Of a DNA stretch of 64,000 nt, positions 40,289 through 52,551 are shown piece by piece. How positions within the stretch are numbered: the stretch's first letter is position 1; each line of letters begins with the position of its first letter. The position numbers and the translations under genes are program-made. The DNA is from Octopus bimaculoides. Taxonomy: Eukaryota. A model generated the notes under the pieces. The model was not told the origin of the DNA and ran no database searches. It saw only the letters and a list, made by a program, of their open reading frames with translations. The stretch spans positions 91,107,007 to 91,171,006 of the forward strand of contig NC_068985.1 in assembly GCF_001194135.2 (NCBI RefSeq), read 5' to 3'.

Positions 40289-41149
40289 TGATGCGACCAC
40301 CTAAAATACAATTAGCGTTATATCCTTATCTCCCGGGCTGGGTTTTGAACCCGTACTCTGGTCAGTTGGGGACAATGGTATTTCCTTTGTCTTGTCGGCA
40401 ACCACAGCTATTTTTAGCGCAGCTGCCCCCTTTCTGGTCACCGAAAGTTCAGCAGCCAGGACAGGAATTGGCGGGAAGCAGTCGGCCGAAGCAGTTGGCC
40501 AGGAGGATTTGGCGCAGTCGAGTGGTAGCGGTCGGCCGAAGCAGTTGTACGGAGATAAAGTAAAGATGAGAATGATAAGTCTGACAGAGAGAAAGCTATA
40601 GTCAGAAGAAATGCATAGAGTCCCAGAGAGAGAGAGGGACAGAGAGATGGGATACTGGCAGCCAAAAGAGATAGCAGTAGTCAGTTGTTTACCTCTTGGA
40701 TTATAGTGTTTGTGAAAGAAAGGAATTGAGTACAGCAAAGGTCTGTGATGTGTAACTGAAAAGAGAAAACGAAGAAAAGAAAGAACAGAAATAACGTTTG
40801 ATGGACTTAATGATTGCAAACCCTTGATTATGTTCACGCAATGTCACACCATTATATGCTATTGAACTGTTATGTAATGTTTTCAAATGTATTCTCATGT
40901 TTATGTAATGCTTTATTCTCATGTTTTTGATGTTATGTAAAAAGAAAAGGTTACCCAACGCATGGTCTTCGCGTTGTTTCTTCCACCCCTCATTTTGCCT
41001 GTGTTGTTCGTCGTTTCGTGCTCGAGCCGGGGCTTATTATTGGTCAGGTGACCGAGGCGATCTGCTAGCTCACTGAGCGTTCGACGTTCGCGCGCGCGTG
41101 AGTTCTCTCTTCGGTTAAGGAGGTGCTTCGCGTGCGGGCGTTCGTAACA
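40289..41149. mobile_element. Solo LTR (861 bp), probably Gypsy-type
   Basis: It starts TGATGCGA and ends TCGTAACA (TG..CA termini, 6/8 inverted match). ATAT flanks both sides (40285-40288 and 41150-41153), consistent with a 4-bp TSD. It has an internal 17-bp direct repeat GTCGGCCGAAGCAGTTG (40481, 40531) and is CpG-rich. Confidence 0.65.
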
Positions 41150-41379
41150 ATATGTTCTCTAAGTGAACGAAATATCGCAAACAGAAATAGAAGATGATTG
41201 CAGGCAGACTACGTTACGAAGACACAAGTAATGTTCTCAAAACGTCTAACGACTATAAAACAGTAAAATACTACGGGAACAAACAAAGAAGATAAAGCTA
41301 TTGTGTGCTACAGAAGATAGTGTCATCGTAGTAGAGAAAGGAAAAAAAGCTATAAAACGCAACAAAGCTAATTGAGATA

Positions 41380-42400
41380 ATAACACAATAATGCAAAACC
41401 AAAGTAAATGAAACATTACAATAACAAATTTAAATGGAAGTGTTGGTAGGAAAGATTCAAGTGAAAATTCTGAAGTGGGAAAGTATGACAGTGGCACTAT
41501 AAGATTAAGTATAATTGAAGAATTATGCACAAGAGATCCTCATCTGAGCAGATGTTTGCATCTGCCAACAACAAAATGCCGACGGTTATGAAAATCACAA
41601 AACTGCTAATTGCATCTAAGTTATAGATAGAGGCATCTGCAATAGAATAATGAGATATTATAAGCAGCAGCCACATCGATTACAAAAACTAAAGTGATAT
41701 ACATTTACGTCCATTTATGCTGAAGTATGAAAACTCAAGCAAGAAACATGGAAATTGAATACTCACGAATGTATAAGAAATAAGGGAAAGGAACTCTCAA
41801 ACTTTAATCAAATCAATAAAGAAGCAAAACAAAACGACGGAAAAAGGGAGAGAGTAAAGAGGCTGAAATGAAGCAGGATGTAGCTAAATCTTTTGGACAA
41901 CGGAAACGTTATTACTGTCGGTTGTCCTACAAACAATTTATTTCGATCCTAATTCAGTGACTGACAGTCGCTTCAACATACATAGGTATTTGTGAGTAGA
42001 TCCGTTTGAGGTCACGTACACGTTCCGCTAAAATTATCCTTGTGCATCATTTTTGCACGTAATTACTCTCCAGCCAATACTGCCAAAATTAAATTGCTCA
42101 CAAGCTTCTATTTTATTATTAGACGCAGAAATAACGTATGGGCGTATGCAGATGATATAATCATAACCGTGAGGGGACCCGGGGGAATGGTAGGGAAGAG
42201 TACCTTACATTTAAAAATGTAAGATATATCACAGCAAAGATTAAATTAGATAAGTTAGTATAGAGGCAAATCGAGAAAAAAAGAATCGAAGGGCAGTGGA
42301 GAGCAACTAGAATAATCTAACGTGTTGCATACCCTGTGTGAGGAGAAATAGGCTGAGAGGAAGTTAATTTGATATTTACGTACTGAGGTCGATTTAATCG
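41380..42400 (+). mobile_element. Heavily decayed APE-type LINE (endonuclease and RT remnants)
   Basis: ITNLNGSVGRK..EVGKY at about 41421-41490 resembles GDxNGxVG. NHK/LLIASKL at about 41593 resembles SDHxLL. VWAYADDIII has YADD at 42145-42156. The motifs are in the right order but spaced too closely, which implies deletions. Confidence 0.45.
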
Positions 42401-43922
42401 TCTGGCCCCCTTCTTCCAAATTTCGGGATTTGTGACTAGAGTAGAAAGGAATATCATGTTCCGTAGATACCATTCATACTTCTCGAAATATGTTGTATTG
42501 CACTGCGGTTAAAGAATTACGCTTTCTAATATGATTAGGGGGAAAAAAACTTTGGATAAATTTGGCAAAGATTTTATAGGTGTACGCAATGTGTTGGAGC
42601 TATTATGTTTTCTCAATTACTAACATTTTTTCCTACTTGTTGAACGGTCAAACTGCTGTTTTTGGCTCATTCAGCAACTGTTTTGATATCTCTGCAACAA
42701 GGTGTAAGATATTAAAGGAAATAATTTGGCACTTCACCATATCTAAGTATTTTCATTTGTTTCTGTTTTGTAACAATAAACTATCGCTTGGATGCTTGAT
42801 ATCGTGAGGTGTTAGTTTTATTTTTCACATTTCCTAATGAATTCTCGTAGTTGGCAGCAAGTATTTTCCTCTGTATATGCCACCAACACGTCTTCTACTT
42901 TTATTCTTCTTTAGTTGTATTAGAATCTCATTTTCCTATACAAAGTTATCTGTAGATTCATATCCGGTTGGAGCCAAGATGTTTGTTTCTTTCAAAACAG
43001 TTAGCTGCTTGTCCTAATAATGGATTCTTTTTGATTTAGCAAGGATCACTTGGTCAATTGCCGTTGGGATTCTTTGATTTCGGGTGCAATTAATTGGATA
43101 TATGTATCTAAGATTATTTTCATTTTCTATTTACTTGTGCGTTCATGTTATCCATTCTATTAATATTTGTAGTGTATTTAAATATGTGTGCATATATGTA
43201 TGTATGTATGCCTGTATCTCTCTATCTCTCTCTCTATCTATTTATACTCACACACACATATACAGACACATACTTCCACGCAGTTTGCTAATATCCAAAT
43301 GTTCTATGCAAAGATGTTTGAGAAAATACAAGGATTCCTTGTGGATAATGTGGAGACTGCAAAGTTCACTTGATTAATTCCAGTCATATTGTTCTTCACA
43401 TCCGCATCCAGGAAGTCCATTGAGCTTGAATGTACCTTTATTTTGTTTTACGATTCCGTATCTAACTGTTCTTTTTCCGTTCTTTCTTCTTTTTTTTTCT
43501 CTTTTTTAGCTTATATCTCTCTTATTTAGTGGTTATATTTGAAGGCCACATACCGATTTTAATTACTTAACCCTCTGCAGAAGATTGTTATCATTTTCAA
43601 AAAGGAAATCATAACGGTTTTCTAACTTCAGCTGTTAGGAATATTATCTAGAACTCATAATTTCATAGGATATGTTGTCCCCTCACATCCATCCTCTTCT
43701 TTTTCGATATTCTGTAAGCATGACGGTATTATTGCATTGGATGACTTTTATGTTTGTGTACTATTTCTTTCTATTTCATGATATTAATAGATTCAGTTAT
43801 CATACTTACTAACATTTAATCACATGTATATATGTACACACACACACACATGCACACACACATGCACATATTGATACGTATCAACTCTTACTAGGGGACG
43901 ATTGATTCTGATTCTATCGCTG

Positions 43923-43991
43923 AAGCACATCCCAAGATTATTTCAGCAAAGATTGTCTCTGCTGAAATAACCTTGGGATGTCTTGGGATGT
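43923..43991. repeat. Near-perfect hairpin (22-bp arms) plus a 10-bp tandem duplication
   Basis: ACATCCCAAGATTATTTCAGCA (43927-43948) pairs with TGCTGAAATAACCTTGGGATGT (43960-43981) at 21/22 positions. CTTGGGATGT is duplicated at 43972-43991. Confidence 0.9.
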
Positions 43992-45719
43992 CACTTTCTC
44001 TCTACCTCGTTGGTTTCTCTCTTCGTATAAAGGCAATCTGGGAAGTACAGTAATAGTTTCACTTACTGTGAAAGCTTTCAGCGAAACGATACTTCTTTAA
44101 GCCTTGTTCAATCTATGCTCTCTTTTCGTTGCTTATGACATTTCAAATATATGCATATGATAAACAATGTGTAATTTAATGTAGCCATCATGCTTCGATA
44201 CATTTCTAAGTATAAAATAGTTTAAACTATAAATGCCGTTCAATGTACAATTTAAAAGGTAACATATATATAAGTAATTTGGAACAAAGAACTATATATG
44301 TTTGTAATATTTACTATTTAGTTTAGGTGTTTCGAAATATCTGTATATAAAACATTGAAAATTTACTATAAAATATGTAAGCATTATATACACCGACTTT
44401 CAATTCAATTGTCTGTATTAGTCTAACATCGTCGCATATTTCGTTCTAAAAGTGGAAATATACAATCTCGTTTTATGTGAATTTGTATAAGTTTAGATTG
44501 AAAAGAAAGAAGACACCATCAAAATAAACTTCATCGGCCAATGACACACGGGGTCCTTTATAGATCAAATGATGTGTTCTGACAGGAACATTTACGGCAA
44601 TATTAATGTAATAAAAATGCCTATACTTAAAATGCATTATATGGAAGGAATAACAAAAAATATCCGTACTTGATGAAATTATGCTGCAGCGCCTGTCCAC
44701 ATAACAACTGGCATTAGTCAATCAAAACTGACATCCTGTTCTCCTTAATAGCAACCATTTAAATGTCATATACAAGATTTATAAGACAAGTGAAACCCTG
44801 GGAATACTTTATCAGAAAGGGAATATTTCGACATCTCAGCACTTTTTTGTAAGTATGAGATGATAATTATCTGTATAGTTTTTGTTATTATTGCTAAAGA
44901 TTTATCGCAAAGAAGATATTGAGATGTATGTGCCGAACACACAAAATGGAATCTATATAATATGCAGAATATTGACTGTCATATGTCACTTAATTTAAGT
45001 ATTCGCCATCACCAGTTACACTACGTCAAAATGTTAACGGATACATGCAACTTTTATGTAGGTTACGCATTAAAGAGATATCCTTTACGCTAGTTCAATC
45101 ACACCTATGGGGTTAATGATGAAGTTCTCGAGCAAATTTTGGTTATAGATATTTTTGAAGACATGGTTTTATACATGATTTCTACCGGCTTTTCTTAAGT
45201 TTCTGTGGACACAGTCTTTCTACTTGTGTAAATCCTATCACAGACTCTGTAGAAAAATAATATTCTGCACCGAAGCTTGCAGATTAGAGAACATGGTTAT
45301 TTAAATTTTAAATAATATTAAATTTATATATATATATGTATTCCGAGAATTTTTCTATTTCAGAACTTTCAAGTATATTTCTTGTGCTGGATGAGGTGCA
45401 GATGTAAGACAAATAACTCTTGAAATATGCATCTATTTCATAACCTAATTCTCTGTCTTTCATCGAATTGTTTACATAGACGTATTAGTATACGAAGCGT
45501 ACTGGCTCTGAACACTGCAGACAATCTGCGGAAAGTAATTTGAAACGAGAATATCGCAGTGCGAACACAAATGTAAGGCACAATAAGTATGCAGACTGTC
45601 GCAATACTAACGAAAATAAAATAATAGTCGAAAACAATACATCCGTACTGGTTTCAAATTTTGGTAGCAGGGTCAACAATTTTCGAGAATTGGATCAGTT
45701 GATTGCACAGTCTCCAGTA

Positions 45720-45868
45720 CTCAGTTAGTATTTACGTTATCGACCCCAAAAGAAAGAATGACAAATTCGACCCACGAGGAATTTGAACTAGAAATGTATA
45801 GACGGACGAAATGGTGCTCAATATTTTCACCCGGTATTCTAGCGGTTTAGCCAGCTCGCTGCCTTAGT
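45720..45868 (-). mobile_element. tRNA-derived SINE, family B
   Basis: The reverse complement AAGGCAGCGAGCTGGCTAAACCGCTAGAATACCGGGTGAAAA..TTTCGTCCGTC..AGTTCAAATTCCTCGTGGGTCGAA aligns with the other family B copies. Confidence 0.8.
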
Positions 45869-45927
45869 AAGAGATTGAGATTCAGGAATTGTATGAACCA
45901 AGTGACTATGAAAAACCCATTTTTTTA

Positions 45928-45944
45928 TACGTTTCACTCATCAG
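45928..45944 (-). ncRNA. Hammerhead core without stem II (CUGAUGA-GU-GAAA-CG-UA)
   Basis: All conserved core nucleotides are present in order, with the ACGU palindrome and H17=A. Stem I is very weak and abuts a (TA)n repeat. Confidence 0.3.
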
Positions 45945-46044
45945 TATATATATATGTGTGTTTGTGATTTGGGATTTATAAATGTATGTTTCTGTGTGTA
46001 TGTATATATGTATGTATGTATATATATGTATATAATCGTGTGTG

Positions 46045-46096
<52 letters not shown>

Positions 46097-46844
46097 TTTG
46101 TATGTGGGCTTGAGTTTGTATTCGTATGCTTTAATTAGGATTGTAACGAACACATTTATATTTGGGTACATGCTTCTTAATTTGCACATATTTGCATATA
46201 TTAATATTGTGTAATATACTTCATGTACTTGATAAATAGGAAATGTAGTGTTTGTTCCATTATGCTATTCGTTAAACATTATATCGAAACGTGCATGCAT
46301 ATATTTTTCTCTATATCGTTTAATTTCCTTTCATAATTAAATATGATTAATTTTATGGATTGATACGAAATTAAAGATTTTACTTAGATTATTGTGTTTT
46401 ACATCTTGAATTGAAGACTAATTTCATAATCAGAGATTTATGTCTGTCAGTACGTTATACCCCAGCGGATATGTATTGAAATTATCTAGCATGTATTATA
46501 AATTTAATGTCAAGAAGCTTTAAAATTGTGTCTTCAATTTCGCTTACTTAAACACAATACAAATAAATAAAGTAAAGTACTAATTCCTTAAAATGCAAAC
46601 AATTTACAGTCACTACACTCATGCGCATGAATATTTAAATTTCATTAAACAAACTATTACAAATCGATCGCGGCATAAATAATAGAATTATAGAGAACCT
46701 AAATTTAAAAGTGCAGCCTTTTATATCGAGAGGTTTTCAATTTACCATACAAATATCATGACATATTACTAAACTGTGTGTATGCATTTTACCATCTCTA
46801 AAACAATGACATTAATGCATACGATTACGCAATTTACTGCAGGT

Positions 46845-46923
46845 TTTCAAGTACACACGTTTCAAGTACACACGTTTCAAGTACACACGTTTTCAAGTAG
46901 ACGCGTTTTCAAGTACGCACGTT
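46845..46923. repeat. Minisatellite, 5 copies of a 15-16 bp unit TTTCAAGTACACACG
   Basis: Three identical units are followed by two variants, with no spacers. Confidence 0.95.
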
Positions 46924-47683
46924 ATGTGAAGTACTTTTAAGCACCAATATTCAGCTCAATAGTTTACATCCATTACGTAATTAAGCGGGAATATGCAATT
47001 ACTCAACTATGAAATCGTTTTGCAAACGGGCAAGATTTCACATTCCTCTTCCTCCATTTATATCATATATGCTTCTTTTCTTTTACACCAAAATCTCCGA
47101 GAGGTTTATAATAATTACTAAATCTTCAAAATAATTGGAAAACCGTTCTACATCAATTTATACTTAATTTAATATGTTTACAATTGCAGTACGGTAGCTT
47201 ATTATTAATCATCTCTCTCTGTTTATAAAACAGCCTTGAATTCACAATCTGGTAACTACATGTAGTGTTGTCGCATCTGTGCAGGATATTCCTATCATCT
47301 GAAGATGGAATTAAAATTAACATTTTCATGATTATATAATGTAACTTTATTGTCTGCTTGTGAGAATCTTATAGGTGTCTTTATAAGAAACAACATATTA
47401 CCTGATATCGTTTTGTCGTATATTTTTATGCTTTCGCTCTGAGAGAAGAGCATGTCCATGATCCATTGCAGAACCTCCAAGCAATAAAACTTGCTAAGCA
47501 TATATAATAAATTGGTAAATGCTTGTAACAATTTGGAATTCACTATGTACATATTGAGATTTCCCAAAAAATGATATGTGTTAAAGCAGGCGAATCGTTG
47601 AGTTGTTGAAAAAAAAGTGAGTTTGATGTAGTTCTTATGATTGATGTGTAAAAATGGAAAAAGTACTACTGATATAATTAAAA

Positions 47684-47726
<43 letters not shown>

Positions 47727-48051
47727 TAATACATTATTGGCACAACAAGGCACCAATATTTACTGGAAATAGCTGTCGATACATTTACGACACTAGAAGT
47801 AAAGCTTCACTGGCAAAGACGTGTGAGTGCAGCAAACATGAAAAATTTGTCTTACCTCTAGGAAGAACATTAGATAAATGAAGAACCCAGAATCGAATAT
47901 TGCAGAACCTACGTTTCGGACTCTTCAAATATGTTTGTCAACGTACATTTGATTAGTCCTCATCTGATGCATTTACCAAGACAGAATTTCAAATGTTGCT
48001 ACATCAATGCCAGTATACTAGCCTGAAAACTTAGCCGTCAATAGAACGAGA

Positions 48052-48223
48052 ACACATTATTTACATTATTTACAATTGACGGATATTTATCTTCATGTTG
48101 TTTGTTGTTAACCTAACATTTCGGCTGATATACCTTTCAGCTTTCATCAGGTGTCTTGGAGAATTTTTGAACCTGGATTCTCATTACTAAGGTATTTTTC
48201 GATGCTATTATTATTATTATTAC

Positions 48224-48258
<35 letters not shown>

Positions 48259-48328
48259 GTATTCAGTTCACTGCCTGGAATCGAACTCGGAATCTTCGGG
48301 TTAGTAGCCCGCGCTCTTAACAACTACG
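48052..48328 (-). mobile_element. Family H SINE (head + (AAT)n + hammerhead tail), left arm of an inverted pair
   Basis: The minus-strand head at 48328-48261 reads CGTAGTTGTTAAGAGCGCGGGCTACTAACCCGAAGATTCCGAGTTCGATTCCAGGCAG, with an intact B-box GTTCGATTC. (AAT)n and the tail follow. Confidence 0.9.
48110..48155 (-). ncRNA. Minimal type I hammerhead, family H copy 3 (decayed)
   Basis: GACAC-CUGAUGA-A-AGCUG-aaagguauau-CAGCC-GAAA-UG-UU-AGGUU. Stem I is disrupted. Confidence 0.6.
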
Positions 48329-48344
48329 GGCAAATGGCGTAATG

Positions 48345-48408
<64 letters not shown>

Positions 48409-48603
48409 GGATAATAATAATATCGAAAAAACCTTAGGAATGAGAACCCAGGTTCGAAATTTCCTCAATACACCTGAGGAAGCCTGAAGGTTGTATCAGC
48501 TGAAACCTTAGGTTAACAACAAAGAGGATGAGGACAAATATCCGTCAAATGTAAATAATGTAAATAACGTACATATTTTCTCATCTCTTATATATAGAAC
48601 TGT
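48329..48603 (+). mobile_element. Family H SINE with the head mostly deleted, right arm of the inverted pair
   Basis: GGCAAATGGCGTA, then (AAT)n at 48341-48420, then the tail ATCGAAAAAACCTTAGGAATGAGAACCCAGG...CTCATCTCTTATATATAGAACTG. The 3' end matches 33340-33365. Confidence 0.9.
48469..48514 (+). ncRNA. Minimal type I hammerhead, family H copy 4 (decayed)
   Basis: UACAC-CUGAGGA-A-GCCUG-aagguuguau-CAGCU-GAAA-CC-UU-AGGUU. Confidence 0.55.
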
Positions 48604-49994
48604 ATTATCTGAATTAGCCTTTGGATAACACATTACTCCTAACAGTTACTAAATCGTATGTAAATGTAAATTGAAAGTTTATACTTTAATATTAACCTCA
48701 TCTCTCGACCATCCCTTAGAAACAACTTTTAGTCATGAATGTATTTTATTTTCCCAAAATATCCTTCATAACAGATTATATTATTTTAATCTGTTATATA
48801 TTTACTGTTTACTAAAATTGTGCCTTTTAAACTATTAATTTTGCTAACGATGTCTCCATTTACTTCTGTTCTATTAACATATTATTTATTATAAATTTTA
48901 ATTTGGTTGTGACTGACCTTTTGCCATTTTATTGATATTGATGTATATTATGTATTCATCGATATCAATATTATAACGTTTTCCAAAGATAAATTCATTT
49001 TAAGTATACTAACCAATATTTCATATTTTTTAAAGTTTTCTGAAACACTCTGTATAAATGTCACACTAAACCACTCACAATTGCTTTGACTGTATTGTGA
49101 TATTCATAACGTACGGGTTTAGATAAGCAATTCTGTTGTTCGCCATGGTCTATCATTTTGATGTGACCTCCACTGAATGAAATTTTATGTTTAAATTGTT
49201 CCGCCAAAACCCTATAAAATAGTTGGTTGTATCATACATTTCCATTAATCAGTATAAATGGCATTTGGTTTAACCCTCCATAACTTTCGTTTTAGATTTG
49301 AATTACAATGCTAAATTATTTTGATATCAGTTTCTAATTAAAAAAAAAAATAATCGAATATTTAAGTTAATAAATGCCGTCTACATTTCTAATTAATATT
49401 TCAATATATAACATTTCTTAAGATGTAACAAAATAGCCAATATTAATTTTCTAATATCACCTTTAGCTTGTGTTCTGATAGTATGTTTTAAAATATATTG
49501 TCTCTTGTCATAAAAAAGAATAAATAAAGTGTTCGGCTTAAGAATTTCGAGAAGAGTTAAAAGTTATCCTTTCGTTGAATGCTTGTGTTTTCCTTCAAAA
49601 AGCAATTTCGATACAAATTTCATCACATTTAAAATGGTTTCCTCTCATTAACCCTTTATTGAAGCCATACCCGACAGGGAAATCCTAATAATTATGCTTT
49701 ATGAGATTGTAATCGCGAATACCACAACATATGTATTTTCTTATATGTTGTTTCCCAAACTTTATGTGTTATAAAACATCTAAAAGATGCTATCGAATGT
49801 TTTATTTTTCTATATAAAGCGTATTTGTGTTAACGTCAGCTTCTCTTCGATTGGCTTGCATGCATATCGTTATTTTCAATGAATAACTCAATGCATTTTA
49901 CCACTAAATCTAAGCATATAATACTCATATATTAAATATATAAAGTGTAATATTGCAAACTAAATTATATCCCTGTATATTCTTCCTCAAAAAT

Positions 49995-50151
49995 AGGCGC
50001 AGGAGTGGCTGTGTGCTAAGTAGCTTGCTTATCAACCGCATGGTTCTGGGTTCAGTCCCACAGCGTGGCCCCTTGGGCAAGTGTCTTCTACTATAGCCTC
50101 AGGCCGACCAAAGCCTTGTGAGTAGATTTGGTAAACTGAAAGAAGCCCGTC

Positions 50152-50152
<1 letters not shown>
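49995..50152 (+). mobile_element. tRNA-derived SINE, family A (best-preserved copy)
   Basis: AGGCGCAGGAGTGGCTGTGTGCTAAGTAGCTTGCTTATCAACCGCATGGTTCTGGGTTCAGTCCCACAGCGTGGCCCCTTGGGCAAGTGTCTTCTACTATAGCC. Homologous copies lie at 2.1, 12.2 and 55 kb. (TA)n(TG)n follows. Confidence 0.9.
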
Positions 50153-50202
<50 letters not shown>

Positions 50203-52515
50203 TATGTGTGTGTGTGTATGTGCATGTGTATGTGTGTTTGTTTGTCTGTGTATCTGTGTGTGTGTGTGTGTGCGTGTGTGCGTGTGTCTGTGTTTATCCC
50301 ACAATTAGATTACAGATGTAGGATAGAGAACAAAAAACATCTTCAAATAGTATACCAACTGTAATATTAAAACGGATTATTTGCAGCGTAAATATATTTG
50401 TGTTGAATTTTAAATTTGTGCTTAAATATTTTTTTGATTCTTGCTGCACTTAAATATTACTACCTTAAATCGAGTGAAATATATTTTTTTATTATATTAA
50501 ATATTTAATAAATTACGTTGGTGCCTAAGTTATCTTCTCGTATGTGTTCCAAAATATTGAATATATTTTCTGTAAGATGCCACCGAGAATCGTATTCGTT
50601 CATTATCTCTTACCTATTATGTAGGCGTGCTTCGAACTGAAATATATCATAGATTGCAATACCATAAAATTGGGAGATATTTTATGCCTTCAAACAACAC
50701 ATTATATATAATATTTATATCTTCGTTCAATTGGTCTTTTTGAATGCAAAGTACCTGTGAATCGGGTCTCTGATAAATTGCATTTTATTGAAATTCTAAA
50801 TATGTATTAAATAATTGCAGATTATCCAAGGTTCTATCACGCGGTTATGATTAAAACAGGAGCGTTCTAAATACAGATTTAATATTTACTCGCTGTTTAT
50901 ATTTAATATATTTGTTTTAAAAAGTGTATGTCCCTATATGCACACTTGAATTTGAGTGAGTATGTGTGTGTGTTTGTAAAAAGTTTGCACCGTTAAAATA
51001 TTTTACGTTCCTCTAGTAACACTCACACATCAATATTATATGCAACTTGAAATTTACAAGTAACACGTTAGTAACAATGTATATTAACGACAGGGGCAGT
51101 ATTAATAACAAGAGGTAATATTTATCTCCACTTAAAAGTACATATGACGTTCGAACAAGTTATACTGCGGTAGATACCATGAAACAAACTCTCATATTAG
51201 CTCATGGTTGAAAATGCTCTCATGTTAGTATGGCTAACTGGGTAAAAAATCCCTGCCGGCTCCAAAGCCGAGAGCCCCAAATAACGTAATTTAGACCTTC
51301 CTTGGTCTCGTCCACGAAAACACAAAACAGAAGCCAATATGAGATCTTTCTCGTATCGACCACGGTATTGCTTGCTTTAACAGAAACTCTACATTGAAGT
51401 AAAGATAAATGTTAGTAAGAATCTTTTAGTGAATGCAAGATAATTGATGCAAAATAATTGAAATTATGCGGAGAAATTTTGATTCAAGCTTAGATCTGTA
51501 TAATATATGAATAATTAATGAGGCTATCAACATATCCACCACCAAACAAAAAAGAAAAGATATATTAGTAATATGTTGCTGAAATACATGTTGACGTTCA
51601 AATAGCTAGAAGACGAATGATTAGATTCTCATTCTTAGATATTTAATCATTTCTCGTTCTTTCTGTAAGAACAGTGTACTTACAGGTATGTATTTCCATT
51701 TGGGAGTATATTTAACAAGTTTTATAAATATTTTGCATCTTAATTTTAAGATATAAATCATTTAGGAGAAATAATAGAGAAACCTGCGGGATATTACGCT
51801 ATATTTTCAGAATGGAGAAAATGAAACTTGTTATTTCTGTCACTGATGGTCATTAACGCAGAACATGCAAGGGCATTAATTTTAAATAGAAACCGCAAAA
51901 TGTACGCATTGTTTTGGGAGATGTCCCATGATATTAATTATTTTAAAATATTTTTGTTTTGGAAAATCATTTTGATGCTATTCTAAATTCCAATTAATAT
52001 AGGGTTATACGCAACTAGACGTTACTACAAATTCTACAGAGATGAATATTAATTCACTATTTCTAATTATATGGGTAGGATACGTGAAATGACAGAGCGT
52101 CGTTGGGATTCGTTAATGATTGATAGATTAGTCAAGAAATTATACCGTGCTCTAAGACGCACGCAAATTTAAATTGAATATCGTTTTCCGTTGGTCATGT
52201 GTAATTGAGAATTGGAAATCTATAGAGAATAAATGAATTTCCTTGTTTAGATACAAGTAAAAATATATCATATTAAATCAGCAGTTTAATAACCTTTCTA
52301 TAAATGGAGAAACCTCCCAATAGCCGCATGATAAAACGAAGTGATACAATTCAGATATTGAAATCATAAAACATTGAGAGTCAAAGGTCAGAACACTTGC
52401 TCTCACCCCAAATCTTCACAAAACTAGTGATACATGTATAACTACAAACACACAAACACCCATACACACACGTATATGCATGTATATGCACACATATAAG
52501 CCATATATGTGTGTG

Positions 52516-52551
<36 letters not shown>

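Noticed and set aside
40330-40358. Minus-strand B-box/T-arm-like GGGTTCAAAACCC
   Set aside because: There is no A-box or cloverleaf, and it lies inside the solo LTR.
46845-46923. CRISPR-like array
   Set aside because: The units are contiguous with no spacers, there are no cas genes, and the context is eukaryotic.
47295-47756. 153-aa minus-strand ORF
   Set aside because: It starts in an (AT)n tract, has no recognisable domain and shows intron-like composition.
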